A stretch of DNA of 64,000 bases. It comes from Takakia lepidozioides. Taxonomy: Eukaryota; Plantae; Bryophyta. Shown here piece by piece: positions 1-12,696 of this stretch. Under the pieces are notes generated by a model that was not told where the DNA came from, made no database searches, and saw only the letters and a program-made list of their open reading frames with translations. Each line of letters begins with the position of its first letter. Within the stretch, counting starts at the first letter, position 1. The stretch covers positions 13,950,001 through 14,014,000 of the forward strand of contig CM060733.1 of NCBI GenBank assembly GCA_030704615.1, given 5' to 3'. The translations under genes were made by a program, and so were the position numbers.

Positions 1-346
1 CCGTACTCACCTAGCTTATTAGGCAATAATTAATTCAAAATCAAGTGCCTAATTAAATTTAATTTTTTTTGAGAATGTGCCTAAAACTTGGAAAAAATTC
101 CTGAGAAGTGCCTAATTGCTTGAAAAAATGTTTTTACATTTTTTGAAAAGAAAATGACCTCAACAATAGGTTTTGAGGGAGGTCAAAAACAATTGTTCAT
201 TCTATCCAGGATCGACTGTAATACATGCCTAATGTTTGGAAATTACCTACGTGAGGTGCGTAAATAATAAAAACGACTCTGCCTAATAATATTCCATTTT
301 TATAATTATTAGGCGCGGGAGTGCCTAATAAGCTAGGTAAGTACGG
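1..346. mobile_element. MITE with ~25-bp terminal inverted repeats (Tc1/mariner-like, TA target)
   Basis: CCGTACTCACCTAGCTTATTAGGCA at 1-25 is the near-perfect reverse complement of TGCCTAATAAGCTAGGTAAGTACGG ending at 346, followed by TA. The interior is AT-rich. A related copy starts at 49840. Confidence 0.75.
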
Positions 347-976
347 TAGTCCGCGGCTAGTACTTACCTGTAGTTTTTTTTTTTGCATATGTAGGTGAGA
401 GCGCAAAGGTAACGTGGCGCCAAGGCCACCACGTTAGCAAGCAAAGCAAAGTGTAAGCACTCCAGTCAACAAGATCACGAAAGTTTCCATTCATACACAA
501 CAGACTCAGCAACGGAGAAATGAAGCTCTGTTAGCTTTAGAGGCTTAAAAATGGAGCGAATGTACAATTTACAAGTACAAATTATGGGTATTGTAGGTAA
601 GGTGTGGCATTTGCCTGCTTCAGTAGTCCGAGTCTACAAGGGCCGTGCTCCATGTGGCCATTCCTGATGGGCCAGCAAATCACCAGCCTACACGACAATA
701 AAGAACATGGGCGTTCCCCATTGTGGTCTGTCCATGTGGCCAAGATCTATCAACCTGTGAGAGGTACCATGTGTACTGCCTCAAGTGGTGAACTAGGTCA
801 AAGGATGTTGCAAAACAACAGTCTGAATTCTACACCCGTGTACTAATGCGTCTGTGGGAGGACAGCACAAGCAAGCAATTGTCTAAATTGGATGTACATC
901 TATGAACCTGTCGCTGCCTGAATATGAGCTATGTAGGAATCCTACTGCATGCGTGGAGTCGTTGACATGTTCTCCC

Positions 977-3900
977 TCATGCAGAGACTACCGGCTTGGC
1001 CTCGTCGTCTGCCTTACGGTCTGCCTGGTCGTCGTCGTCAAACCGTCGCCTTGAGCCACGGCCCTTGAGCACATACCGCCGTAAGCCCGGCATGTGGACA
1101 CGGTTGAGGTAGTTACTCCAGTCAATTGAGCGAATATTGAACGGAAAAGTGGCTAGCTCCTCTGTTGAGAGCTGCTTCTCCAGTCGCTCTATGTTGTCCA
1201 CATCAAATCTGAAACCCGGCCCCCAAGATCCACAATACCAGGAAAATAGGTCGCTGATACAATGAGCTGAACACAAATATCTAGAGCTCTGGTCTGATGA
1301 TTACTGTCCACCCAGGATGCTTATTAGAATTTTTTTGCTAAAAGACTCGGGCATATTCTACGTCCTTTGATTGTTCAACCTTTAAATGCCTTACAAGTAA
1401 CATAGACTGCTTCCCCGTCCAACAATCCACTAAGTTTAGGGTCAATCGAAGGAACGTTAAGGATGGTCTATGGGTGAAGACAGCGCTCAAGGACAGAGAA
1501 CACCTCGTGAGATCAGAAACTAAAGAGGCAGGGCAGGCTGACCTGCCGAGATAGAAGGTGTAAGGCTTGTAGATAGTGGCCAAATAGTTAATTTGATCGA
1601 GAACTTTGATCAAAACTTGTATGCGTTTCTGTGCTAGTCTCCCTCTTGGTAGAAATCTCCATGGTAGAAGTCTGGACAGCTGCACATGATATATATACAG
1701 CCAGGTCACACCAAAGCAATGTACTATCAACACCATTTCAACGTGCATTGAAATATCTCAACTCCCAGGACAATTTTTGCCAGATTGCTCATCTCCCTCC
1801 TACAATCCTCTGGAACATCTAGAGCTAGAGGCTTGCAATTGACATCTTCTCAACAAACTGATGAATGAAGAAATTATCGGGCGTAGCTATCAGTTCACAG
1901 GAAGTGCAGTGCCTAAGTACTGATGCGAGCAGTCCTAGAGCTGATAGATTGTGATTGGAATACCTGCACAGGCAACTGATACAAGATGAACATGTAGAGC
2001 AAGAAAGTATTTAGGTCTTCGATCAAGATCAATCGCTTGATTTTGATTTCCTTCCCGGATTTGTCTAGTAGTGGATCCGCTGTGAAGTGCTCCTGAGATA
2101 CATCTGCCAGTTCCCGAAGGATCAAAGGGTTCACCACAGATGAGGCTACTTGATACACTGACAAGCCTGGAAGCCGTGCACGTTTCGCCATGGCAGCCAA
2201 CATTGCATTTACAACCATATCTGCTGGCACCTGAGTATCACCATCCTCAGAATGAGGCCCATCATAAGGATCTCATACAAAATTTACATGTTCGACAGTC
2301 TACACTGCTGCAAGTTCGGACAAAAATGTATGTAATTTTCCTTTTAATTTTAACATGATCTTGTAGACCTAGAGTATGTTTGTACAGGTCTCACCTTTCG
2401 GAAACAACATGAATTTAGCTTATATAAGACACTAATTTAACTGTAAGTGTACAGGTAAACGACAGACTGAGGACAGACTCCTATATCCATTGTAAAGCCC
2501 AGGCCTGCTAGCTGAACCCTAGAAACTGGGCGCCCCAATCAGCTCCCTCCAGATATGTGATGTCCTGTGCAACTACAAATTGTATATACATCTATCTCAA
2601 AGAAGTATTCAGCAATCAGTGATTATGGGATGCCAGGACGATTTCAGTTTCAGATTATTCTACAGGTCTAGTAGCTCTGAAGATAAAGGTACAAACCACA
2701 TCCAAAACTCCTTGATGATCTGCAAGAAATGCAGTCATTTGTCCTTTCCCATAAGCCAGTACAATGGGATCCATCATCCTGCAATCATACAAGCCAAACT
2801 GACATGTTCACGACACACCTTAAAGAGTGACAATATTGGAGATCCTGGCACAATTTTCTACCGAACTGCACCTGCTAGACTTTGTTCGGTGTTGTACCTC
2901 TCCATCAGAAGGACTAAGAAGCCACTCATATGATCTTTTCGTCACACCTGAACATCCCATGTCGCAATTGTATGGAACCTGTGAAACAACTTACAGTGAG
3001 ATCTATTCCTGGAGGCGGTTTCTGCCAAGTGATTCCAAGTACTTTGAACAGCTTATGATTATGTCAAAGCTGGTGATACTTTAGGAACGCTCGATAAGCT
3101 ATATACGAAACTGGGTGTCAGACAAGCTGTCAAGTATGTAATCTATTTCGGAATTCCCCGGTGTCAATAATGAGGTACACGTACAGAGTGCTTGATTTTT
3201 CACCTGATACCTTCCATCCAGCCTGGGAATGGTTCTTGTAAGGTACTCTCAATCACACTTGGCCGCATCACAACAATCGGGAGACGTCCACGCTCAGCAT
3301 CCAGGAGCATTTCTCCCATTGCTTTTGTGAACACGTATGTATCTTGCCATCCAAACAACTTCGCCCTGCTTGCAAGGACAAGCAAACATGTTGAAACCGT
3401 TTGTTTAAGTAAACCGAGGATTGGAGCAGCTTACACTGACAATTCGTCGATACTACGTCGAGATCACTAAACATTCAGCAACGTGGCCATGAGATATAGA
3501 ACAGAACTCACCGTTCCAAGCCCAGCTCCTTCATTTTCCTCTCCCTCTTCCCCGGGTCAACCCTGATAGTCTGGGTGAAGAAATCCACGTCATTCTCTAG
3601 TAGGCGGAGTGTTTCTTCTCTCTCTATTTGGCAGAGTGTTTCAGTTACCAATTCCAATTCTGTTGCTACATGAAGCTGTGGAACGGATTCCCCCATCTCC
3701 TTGGCGATATTGTCACCCATTTTGAAGGGGATTTCTCCTGTGCGGCCCTTCCTTCGTCCATTCACAAAGGCTGCAAACATAACAGCAACTGTAACTGACA
3801 AGCGAAATTGTACTTGCTCGACAAATTAATATATCGTGCAAATTGGCAATTGCACTTCCTGGCCCAGTCTCAACCTTAAATGTTATCTCTTCAGCAGTAG

Positions 3901-5919
3901 ATCAGTCGGAGAACTTACCAGTGGAGACATGCAGCAGAAGCTGGAGGTTGGGGCAGCGCTTGGCAAAATCAACTAATCTCCGAGGACCCAATGTGTTGAT
4001 GTTCAATGCAATATCATACCTGTACAGGCCAACGAGATTGCTGAGGCATAACTTCTCCGGAACTCTACCAGACAATCAACTGTATTTACAAGGCCTGGTA
4101 CCCTGTAAAATATAATTCTTGAAAGGTTTGAGATTGACTTGACGGGGTGACGACCTCGGAGAATCGATCGTCTTTACCTGGAAAGACCATCTTGGCGCAA
4201 TCGGGAATTTGAACAAAGAACTGGCAATTTGCAGGATAATATATATAAGTATCTCTTGAGACAGCCACTTCAGTGAACCAAATGTCCCTGCCTCAGAGCG
4301 GATTGTAAGCGGGCGAAATTCTTGAAAGAAGTGTGAGGATACCTTTCATCAAAGGCTGTGGTTGCAGCTGAGCTCACAATCACATCCACTTTGCTTGCGA
4401 GTTCCTCCGCCAAATTTGCGTCAAACCCAAGACCATCGACGGAGATGGTGCCATTCACGGCGGTGAGTTTTTTCTTCATGAAATCCTCATATTCCTCCCC
4501 ATATTTAGACCGCAGCACCTTGAACAATTCGGAACCAATAACCTAATAACATGGACACTCGACCTAGTGAGAAGCAGTGCTATGCATAGATTCTACGTAC
4601 TTTGAGAGCATGAAATGATCGATATTTGATTCAATCCAGGCTGTGGCAACTTGAAACAAAGCAAAAGCACACACAAAATGAGATCAGCGAGCTTTACAAA
4701 GCTCTGCCAGACACATGAATAGTTTTTTGACCTGTCATATTGTCTCAAATGACACAGCTTAGACTGTATCCATAATTTGGTGTCAGATCATGGATACTGA
4801 GCTCTGGGCTCCCGACACTTACTTCGGTTTGAAGTCTTCGTTCAGCTGTTACTTTACTCCGGGGTTGAATAACGAGGTAAAGCTGAGCAACATCTGGTTG
4901 AACTCTCAATATCTTCTCGACCAGCACTGCATATGTACCAAGACGATCACGAGCACATGTCAGATATCGTGCTCTCAGGACTCCATTACTCAAGAAACTA
5001 ACATCTTCTGGAAGACCAAGTGCTATCACACTGATGATTTAAATGAGATTTAAATTTAACGTTTAAAAACCTGCAGGTGACATAGTGCACTTGTTTCGTG
5101 GTAGCTACAGTTTGACTTACTTAAATCATGTCATTGTACATATACTTTCCGCAACTACGATCGAATTTTTAAGCCTAGATGAGAAATCCACGCATGAATC
5201 TTGTTGACGACATCTGTCCAATGGTACTTGCAAGATGATCAAGTAGCTTCACGATCACCTTTAGCAAGGAAGCCAGTTGCTCCAGTGATAAGAATATGCT
5301 TCCCCTCCAGAGACTTCAAAATGCCAAGACCAGTCTGCACGGTTTCAGCAGTTGTTCCTGAATCAGTCATCAGTGAGCATCGTACTGGCATCGAATTGAT
5401 CTTTTCAGAACTGCTGACATGGAAATCTGTCGGGATTTTCGAATCATCATCTCCACTGTCAACTAATGCAGTTGCTAGGATTTTTGAGGCGATCAAGATA
5501 GGTCTCTGCCTGTCAGCTATCGGAGTGCCAGTTCCAATAGTTACTCCAAAGCTTTTCACATTTTCCGGCTGCACTTTCAACGAATTCCCGACCGCAGACA
5601 ATCCATTGACTGTCAAAAACTTGTGTACACCGTTGACTGCCCCTCTTGGCAAGCTCCTCCGACTAAGAGAGCGGCTGACTCTGCTAGCCGCTATGTCTTC
5701 AATATCTGCACGAAATTCTAGGTCGCCTAGTAGACCATGATCTCTTTCCCCCCCGCCAAATCTCACAGACGAGGATGTATTGGATCTGCATGATATCAAA
5801 GGCTGACCAAATGTCCTATCACACGCAAATGGCGTAGGCTGCACCTGCAAATCATTACGGCGTCGAGAACCTCCTGCTGATGTAATTGCATACACCTCAG
5901 GTCTGTAGATTGCTCCCAT
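977..5919 (-). CDS. FAR: Fatty acyl-CoA/ACP reductase, MS2/FAR2-like, 10 exons
   Basis: Exons ~5919-5259, 4926-4823, 4542-4343, 4019-3919, 3770-3512, 3365-3204, 2778-2697, 2230-1964, 1679-1543, 1208-977, all with GT-AG borders. Motifs TGATGFLAK (NAD(P)H binding), [14 protein letters not shown] (YxxxK), [27 protein letters not shown]. The ~200-aa N-terminal extension resembles the plastid-targeted MS2/FAR2 type. Confidence 0.93.
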
Positions 5920-6906
5920 GATGGAAATGTCTCCAAGCTAGACTTGAAATTGAGCCCTTCTGTTAACTATTTAGTGCACAATGTTCATCCTTTTGTATTC
6001 AAGGGCGTGAGATACCGCGAAATCCTAAGTTACAACTCCTTCTTGACATACCTGAGCGTGTTCTAAATGAAAACCCTGGACATCGGATCTAAGCAGGTCA
6101 AACTCGTTTACAGCTCTGTCGACCACATGCACCATACGCACATTACATAAGAATGCAGCAAGCTTGTAATTTGTACAGCTTCGTTCTTGGCGGCGTACTG
6201 CGTCTGACAAACCTGCTAGGTATCAGCTTCAATAGTTCAAGTATATACATGTACTAATAGCTTGATTGAATCATGGATCATTGCTTGTGCAGAAGACTGG
6301 TTCAGGACGACCTATATCAACCTTGCCCTTCCTCTAGCTTGCATAACCCCGCTAGAAGAAACCCTCGCCCCGAGCAATATTGTCTCTCCAAATCAGCTGC
6401 AGCAAACTCCCAGCCACGCCGGGAAGCAAATTCAGCATGCTCTAACAAAAACCGAGTGTAAGAATTAAGAATCGTACAGAAGCTCTACCACATCGAGCGC
6501 AGAAGGCATCAGGAAAAGACTGAAAAAGAACATGACAACCACAGCTCTTGAGCCTTTTCGAGACCTCGCAACGGTGCGCTCGCCTGCCTGTGAAGCTCGC
6601 GTCGCTCTCCGCCATGCCTCGCTCCTGTCTCCATCGCTCCACATGCAGCGCCATGCACGCCCCGCCCTTTCCTTGGCACGTGCAATCACAGGACTTTCCA
6701 TCCCACTTTCCATCCGTTCAAACGACAGTCGTCCATACACGACCTACCTGGACTCCTCCCATTCATCCTCTTCATCCATCCATTATGCACGAGCATCTTT
6801 TGATAATCTGTAGCAGAGATCTAACGGCTGAGATCGATATGGCTGCCAGCCAGTTAATAGACTAGTCGTAGCATTCAAACTCAACCGACACTGTGAGCTA
6901 TATTAG

Positions 6907-7008
6907 TGGTGGTCAGGATTCGAACTTAAGATCCCTTGAGGTGATATGCAGTGGACCCAGAGTTTGAACCCAGGGTCACTTCCAGGTGATCCTGGGCTCA
7001 AATCCTGG
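6907..7008. repeat. tRNA/SINE-derived fragments forming a small fold-back
   Basis: The minus strand reads GTTCGAATCCTGACCACCA (B-box/T-arm-like) at ~6907-6925. Imperfect inverted repeat CCAGAGTTTGAACCCAGGGTCAC / GTGATCCTGGGCTCAAATCCTGG at ~6957-7008. No complete cloverleaf. Confidence 0.35.
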
Positions 7009-7619
7009 ATGCCACATTTCACGGCAGGCAAAGAACTAAAGTCGAAGAAAAAGAGTGCAAAATTTGAATTCGTTTCCAGAGTTCAAATGTTCAACAGTCT
7101 TGTGGAGGACAGAGCAGAGTTGAAGGCGGCTATGGCGTCGACAGTGCGCAGGAGAGACGGTTTAATGGCTGCTTGAAAGCCCTTGAAAGCGAGCTTGTCA
7201 ATTTTAGCTCACGAAATTCAAACTGGCCTTCTCTGCTCTGTCGTTTTCTTGTCTGTAAAGGGACTCTCTGGATTCTGTGTCTGAAAGTCGTCTGACTGAA
7301 CTGAGCTGTGCTGCATATTCAAACTTTGGGTACCTCTGCACCTCCTTCTTCGTCTCTATGTTCTATGAACTGAACTGAGCTGAGCTGTTCCGAAGATAAG
7401 TACTCCTTTAACCTCTGGGTTTCTCACTCCAACTCGGCAGGTCTTGGGAAACGGAGCCTGTGTTGTGCTGCCATTGCTGCCCTTAAGGTATCTCTATATC
7501 TTTCATTTTGTAATGTGTCTGTTGCAATGGCTGAAATGGAGCATTATTTTGATGTAGCCTGTCGTACTACAACTGTCCTCTCTCTCGCTAGCAGACGCTT
7601 TCAGTTTTCGAGGCTAGGA

Positions 7620-10600
7620 ATGGCACAACGTCTTCGTGTAGAGCTGGTTTCTAGCTGGTTTTGTTTGCTTGTTACGGGTTATTGTCCGTATGTTGTTTGG
7701 GCTTTTGTGGAGGTCTGAAGTTTATTCGTGTGTTCTTCTCCCAGAAGCTCTTTTGCGTCTTTCGTTCTCTCATACGACCTCCAGTAGACGACATAAATCT
7801 ATGATTATTCCTCTTCTCATATTGTTCGTGCATGGCACTTGCCTCACGAATGTGAATGTGCTTCCTTCTAGCCAATTACTGTTGAAAGTGTCCGCTTCGC
7901 AACGAGCGAGACGAACAAGACGAGAGGTTGAGAAACCTCGGGACCTGGGCGGGTGGGAAAGAGGGTGCAGAAAGCAACACGACATACATATTGCGCACTG
8001 GGAGATGAAGAAGAGAAGCGTTCATGGAAACAGTGGTGTACGTAGGCATAACAATGCTCTACAAGGAATTCTTCGATATGATGTCTCTCCTCTGAACAGG
8101 CCTTGAATGCATGATAACAAGAGGATAACAAATGTGCCAGGATGCCAGGGAGGCTACAAGAGTCTGTCTTGGTGCTACTGGCGCTTGTTACTTTCTACCG
8201 CACCCAGGTCCTTGCTACCCCACAAGAAGGTCTGTTATCACTATGAACCTTCTTTCTCACTCGGATGGGGATGTGAAATGCACATTTGCACCACCAGCTA
8301 GCTCCTATGAAAAGATACTTTCAAAATGACATATGATGTTTTGGTTTTGCCTGTGGGCACTTCTGCAGGACCCTGAGCCCCATTATCATTCCCTGAGAGA
8401 ATTGTTCTCTCATAGAGTTTGCAGAAGGATTCATGTGTGCATAGTATCTGTGGCAGTTCAAAATCTAGTTTCTGAACCAGAGAAGGAAAGTGACTTCAAC
8501 GTGCAGAGAGAGAGTACAGCAGCATCAATAGGATTCTGAGGCTGGGATTCTTGCACTGGGTGCTGCAGCTGTAATATTTGCACAGCTGAAGGAGGAGTGG
8601 AGTACTGTTTTCACTCATGCGAATAAATGGATGGACACTATGGATCCCTGTGCTGGCCCATGGCCAGGCATCACTTGCATATCTGAAGTCGAACCGTCTG
8701 TGCAAGCGCCATGCTTTATTGCCAACTCCACATGCATAGTTATCAGCTTGTGAGATCACTTGCTTTCATAAAACAATCAGACCAACACTAGCCCTGCAAA
8801 TGATCAGACATAGTACAATGGAGGCTATTTGCTGAAAACCACCAACCCTCTTTAGGTGCCCCATCATTGTAGGCCCCTTGGCTCCATTGATATTGTGGCT
8901 TGTTCTTATGTCTATCTGGTGCCCAAATATACCTGAGACTGGGACGCCTGAGAGATGTTCACTTACAGCCCAAACTGAAGGAACTAACCAAGTTGTGGAC
9001 ATGATCTATCTCTCTCTCTCTCTCTCTCCTACTTTTGTCCCATAATCTCTTTGGGCTTTGCTCTATCGTATATGAAGTTTCTCTCTTTCCATCTTTCTCT
9101 CTCTTTGGATCTCTTTCTCCTCTCTTGATGCTGTAATGTTCATTTCTTTTCTCTCTGCCATATCATATCATTTCTCTTCTGTGCATGACATTCTCAGCCT
9201 CCCGTCCATGTTTGAGATTTGGGTTGTTCTCTGTGTCATGTAGTTATGCTATGTGTTTCCTTTGGGCACTTTGGATCTCCTGCAGAATAGCATCTCCACA
9301 GAAAGGCTACGCAAATTGAATCATCTGTGTACTTTCTCCTATGTACAAAGTTCTTTGCCTTGACACTGAAAGCACAATCTAATTTGTGGCAGGCAAGGAC
9401 TTATTGACTACTGACCAAGGTATGACTTGTACATGTGATCCAGACAACTACAGAACTGCAGCCTAGCAGGCGAGATTCCATTTATTCTTGGGGGTTTGTC
9501 CAACCTTCAGATTCTGTAAGTCAAACTATTGACATTGTTCTTCAATCTTCTCATCTGGTCAGGGTGTCCCCTTTGCTGACTTGTCTCAGCTACATTGAAG
9601 TATTAGATCATTACCTATCTCTCAATTTTCTCTTGTATGGACAGTTGTCTTGCAAACACAAAAACCTTCTCTGAAGATCACACTTGCATAATGACAATAA
9701 CAAAGAGAGGCTTCAGATTGTTAGAAGTGCTCCATGGCGAATCTATGGTCCATCAAAGACTGGGCTTTTAGACTAAATGGTGAAAGTATTCAAGATAACT
9801 TTCACTTTACACTGGTACTAATCTTTGGTTTAACTATGCTGAACTATTATCTCTCTTAAGTTGGAAGAGAGATGTTTTGTAGCTTATTTATTTACTGTTT
9901 GATATGCCTGTCTTGTCCTGCTTGCCTGTGGCAAGCCACTAAACTACTATCCACTGTGTTATGAAACAGAGACCTTCATGGGAACTCTCTTACAGGAGAA
10001 ATTGCTTCCCAGCTTTTTGATGGCTTCCCCAATCTTTCCTACTTGGATCTCTCCTCAAATTATTTAACTGGAACCATACCACAGATTAGACATCCAAGGC
10101 TGCGCTCCGTTTCATGGGCACAGAACTGTTTCTTGGCAGATACCGGGTGCGATCTTGAACAGGACATGCGACAGCTATCTGATTGCACTGAAGTCACCTC
10201 ACTACACCTCCATGCCTGTCCTTCCTCGGCCCGTAGTTATCCTCTTCAGTTGTATGCTTTGTTAATAGTGTGTCCCTTCACCTTTATTGTTCTGTCATCT
10301 CTTATATTTATCTGTTGGAGGAGACACTTGAGGAAACAAGCTATGCAGCTTCAAAAGTCTTCAAAGATTCGGTCAGATGAATGTAAGCAATATACGTACC
10401 TAGAGCTTGAGGCTGCAACGAACAACTTCCATAACACCAGACTGCGGGGACACGGTGGGTCTGGAAGTGTTTACCAGGGAAGGCTGGATGATGGATCATC
10501 TGTGGCGATCAAACTGCTGGAGAAGGGGTCAAACCAGGGAGACAGAGGGTTTTGGAACAAGGTTTTGCTTATAGGCACGATCCACCATCCCAATGTGGTG

Positions 10601-11977
10601 ACACTGCGTGGGTACTGCAAAGAAGCCCAAGGATTTGAGCGTATCTTGGTCTATGATTACATGCCTAATGGCTCAGTTTTAGATGCCCTGCTCAGTGATG
10701 ATGACTCCCTGCTATCATGGGATCGAAGGTTTTGCATTGCACTTGGGGCTGCAAGCGGTCTGGAATATCTGCATGAGCATTGCTCTTCCTGCATTATTCA
10801 CAGAGATATCAAACCCAGTAATATCCTGCTTGACAGGTACTATCGTGCACTTCAGACAAATCCATCTCTTATCTACAAGCATCTATATACAGCCATTCTA
10901 TTGATCTGTAGAGTGTACAACTTTAGGTAGCATATTTTAACAGGACTTCACTGGTTTGTCAGCTACCAATGGACCTGTCTGAATTGCATCCCCCATTTAA
11001 GTTACTGATTGTGGATCAGGGAAGTGCTAATAGCATAGCAATCAAGATTGGAGCTTTGGGATTGCACATGGCAGTCCCAGGCTGCCAGTCGAATATGCAG
11101 TCAGGTTATATCGTGAAATTTGCTAATCCATTTGTCACTGACCTCCACAATTGTGTTCTTTTTGTTAACAGGGATTTCTGTGCACGGGTGGGGGATTTTG
11201 CACTTGCAAAAGTTACTCCTTCTGACGAAAGCCGTGTGAGCACCACTGTGGTGGGTACTCAGGGCTTTGTGGATCCTGAGTATGCACTGACTGGAAAGCT
11301 GTCAACTAAAAGCGATGTCTTCAGTTTTGGCATCCTTCTGTTGGTCCTTATTAGTGGGTGCCATATCATGGAGACCCAGGCCTGCCTTCAGGAATCAGGT
11401 AACTCAACAAGTATATTCTGTCCAGGCATCATGATTAGGTGAAGAAGAATGAAAGATTTACAGTTGTGCAGAGGTTGGATGTTGCTTACAGACAGCCAGA
11501 GGAGAGTCTGCAGGAGACTGGTGATGCATTAAGTAAGGCACATGAAAGCTATTGGACTTAGTGACTTCTGTGGATTGCAGACTAGTTTCTAAGCAAATAG
11601 GTGAGATGAACCCAAGTATAAGTGAACGCTTACATTGAACTTGCTGACTTCATCCTGCAGGAAAAGCTCAGCTTCTTTCGTGGATGCAAGTGCTGGCCAA
11701 AGCTGAGGAGCTGTCAGAGCTGGTCGACCCAAGATTGAAAGGTGTATATGACGAGCACCAAGTTAACCTGTGTGCCCAAATTGCTCTCTTGTGTACACGG
11801 ATCCTGCCAGATTTGCGACCCTCCATGGGTGAAGTCCGTTGTCTTCTCGAAGGCACCTCCAAACTACCACCCGCAGCAAGCTTGCTCAATAGCCCGAACT
11901 CGTCTTCACATGGCAGTTTTCTATCTGAAAGCTACACCCCATCAACTGGCAGCTTCTATGGCACTGAGAGTGCCTAG
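7620..11977 (+). CDS. LRR receptor-like kinase (short ectodomain, atypical kinase motifs); 5' exons uncertain
   Basis: Putative signal exon from 7620. LRRNT exon ~8569-8750 (DPCAGPWPGITC). Exon 9970-10836 has LRRs (LHGNSLTG, LDLSSNYLTGTIP), a TM helix, GHGGSGSVY, VAIK and HRDIKPSNILLD. Exon 11172-11398 has DFA and GTQGFVDPEY. The last exon is 11661-11977. Confidence 0.85.
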
Positions 11978-12399
11978 AGGGGCCGAGTAAAGTGGTGCTC
12001 AGATGTACTAAAGGATTCTCTGGCAGTTGTACTGTACAAGACTCTGACAACCCTCCGTCCCGATGTACCTATTGCGGCACCATATGAATGCCGATGTCCT
12101 CATTCCGTCTCTTCAAAATCTGGGGAGGTAGTTCCCCATTTTGAGTGAGGACATCTACAACATAGGCAATCTTCTCCCTGCAATCTGTCAAAAATGTTGA
12201 CAACTCCTTCGCCATTATCAATAATTTCAGTGCATATAATGATCTTGTACTATGATATGCTCACCACCATGGACAGCTTTACCTATACTGGGTACCTTGT
12301 TTGGCATCATGCTTGAAGGAGCACACTTTCTTTAGTGCACATCTTCACCAACAATGTCCATAAGACAAGCCCCTACCTTGGAACTGGTGAAAGACATAG

Positions 12400-12696
12400 T
12401 GCCAAGAACTACAAGGCTCCTACATTTATGGCCAGCTTCTCATTGTGGTGCCAGAAGAATGCACCTTTTCAGCTCAAGTTCCAAATCATGTCATATAGAC
12501 TGTATCAGCTTTGTTACTGATCTTTGGTAGTACTCAGCTCAGTCCAGATCTTCACAAACTTGGGAGGGAATGTGTCGTGTAAAACAAGTGCCTGCACCTG
12601 TCAACCTTTAATTCAGCTGCAGCCTTACTGACACTAGTGCCTTCCATCACTTTTCTCAACTTGCACATCATCATGATCAGCACACATAAGCTGTTT
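12400..12696 (-). pseudogene. Eroded E2/E+/DYW remnant of PPR1
   Basis: Minus-strand fragments translate as KLRKVME, IWTELS and HHNEKLAI, with stops and indels. Confidence 0.65.

Noticed and set aside
5201-5740. 179-aa plus-strand ORF, and many short antisense ORFs over the PPR genes
   Set aside because: Shadow ORFs of real genes on the opposite strand.
6907-6960. tRNA gene
   Set aside because: Only a T-arm/acceptor-like piece is present; no D arm or anticodon arm could be folded.
12590-12640. 'KAAAELKVD' as a KP-type (U-to-C) DYW signature
   Set aside because: The nucleotides are better explained as a decayed KEPGCSWIEVD PG box.
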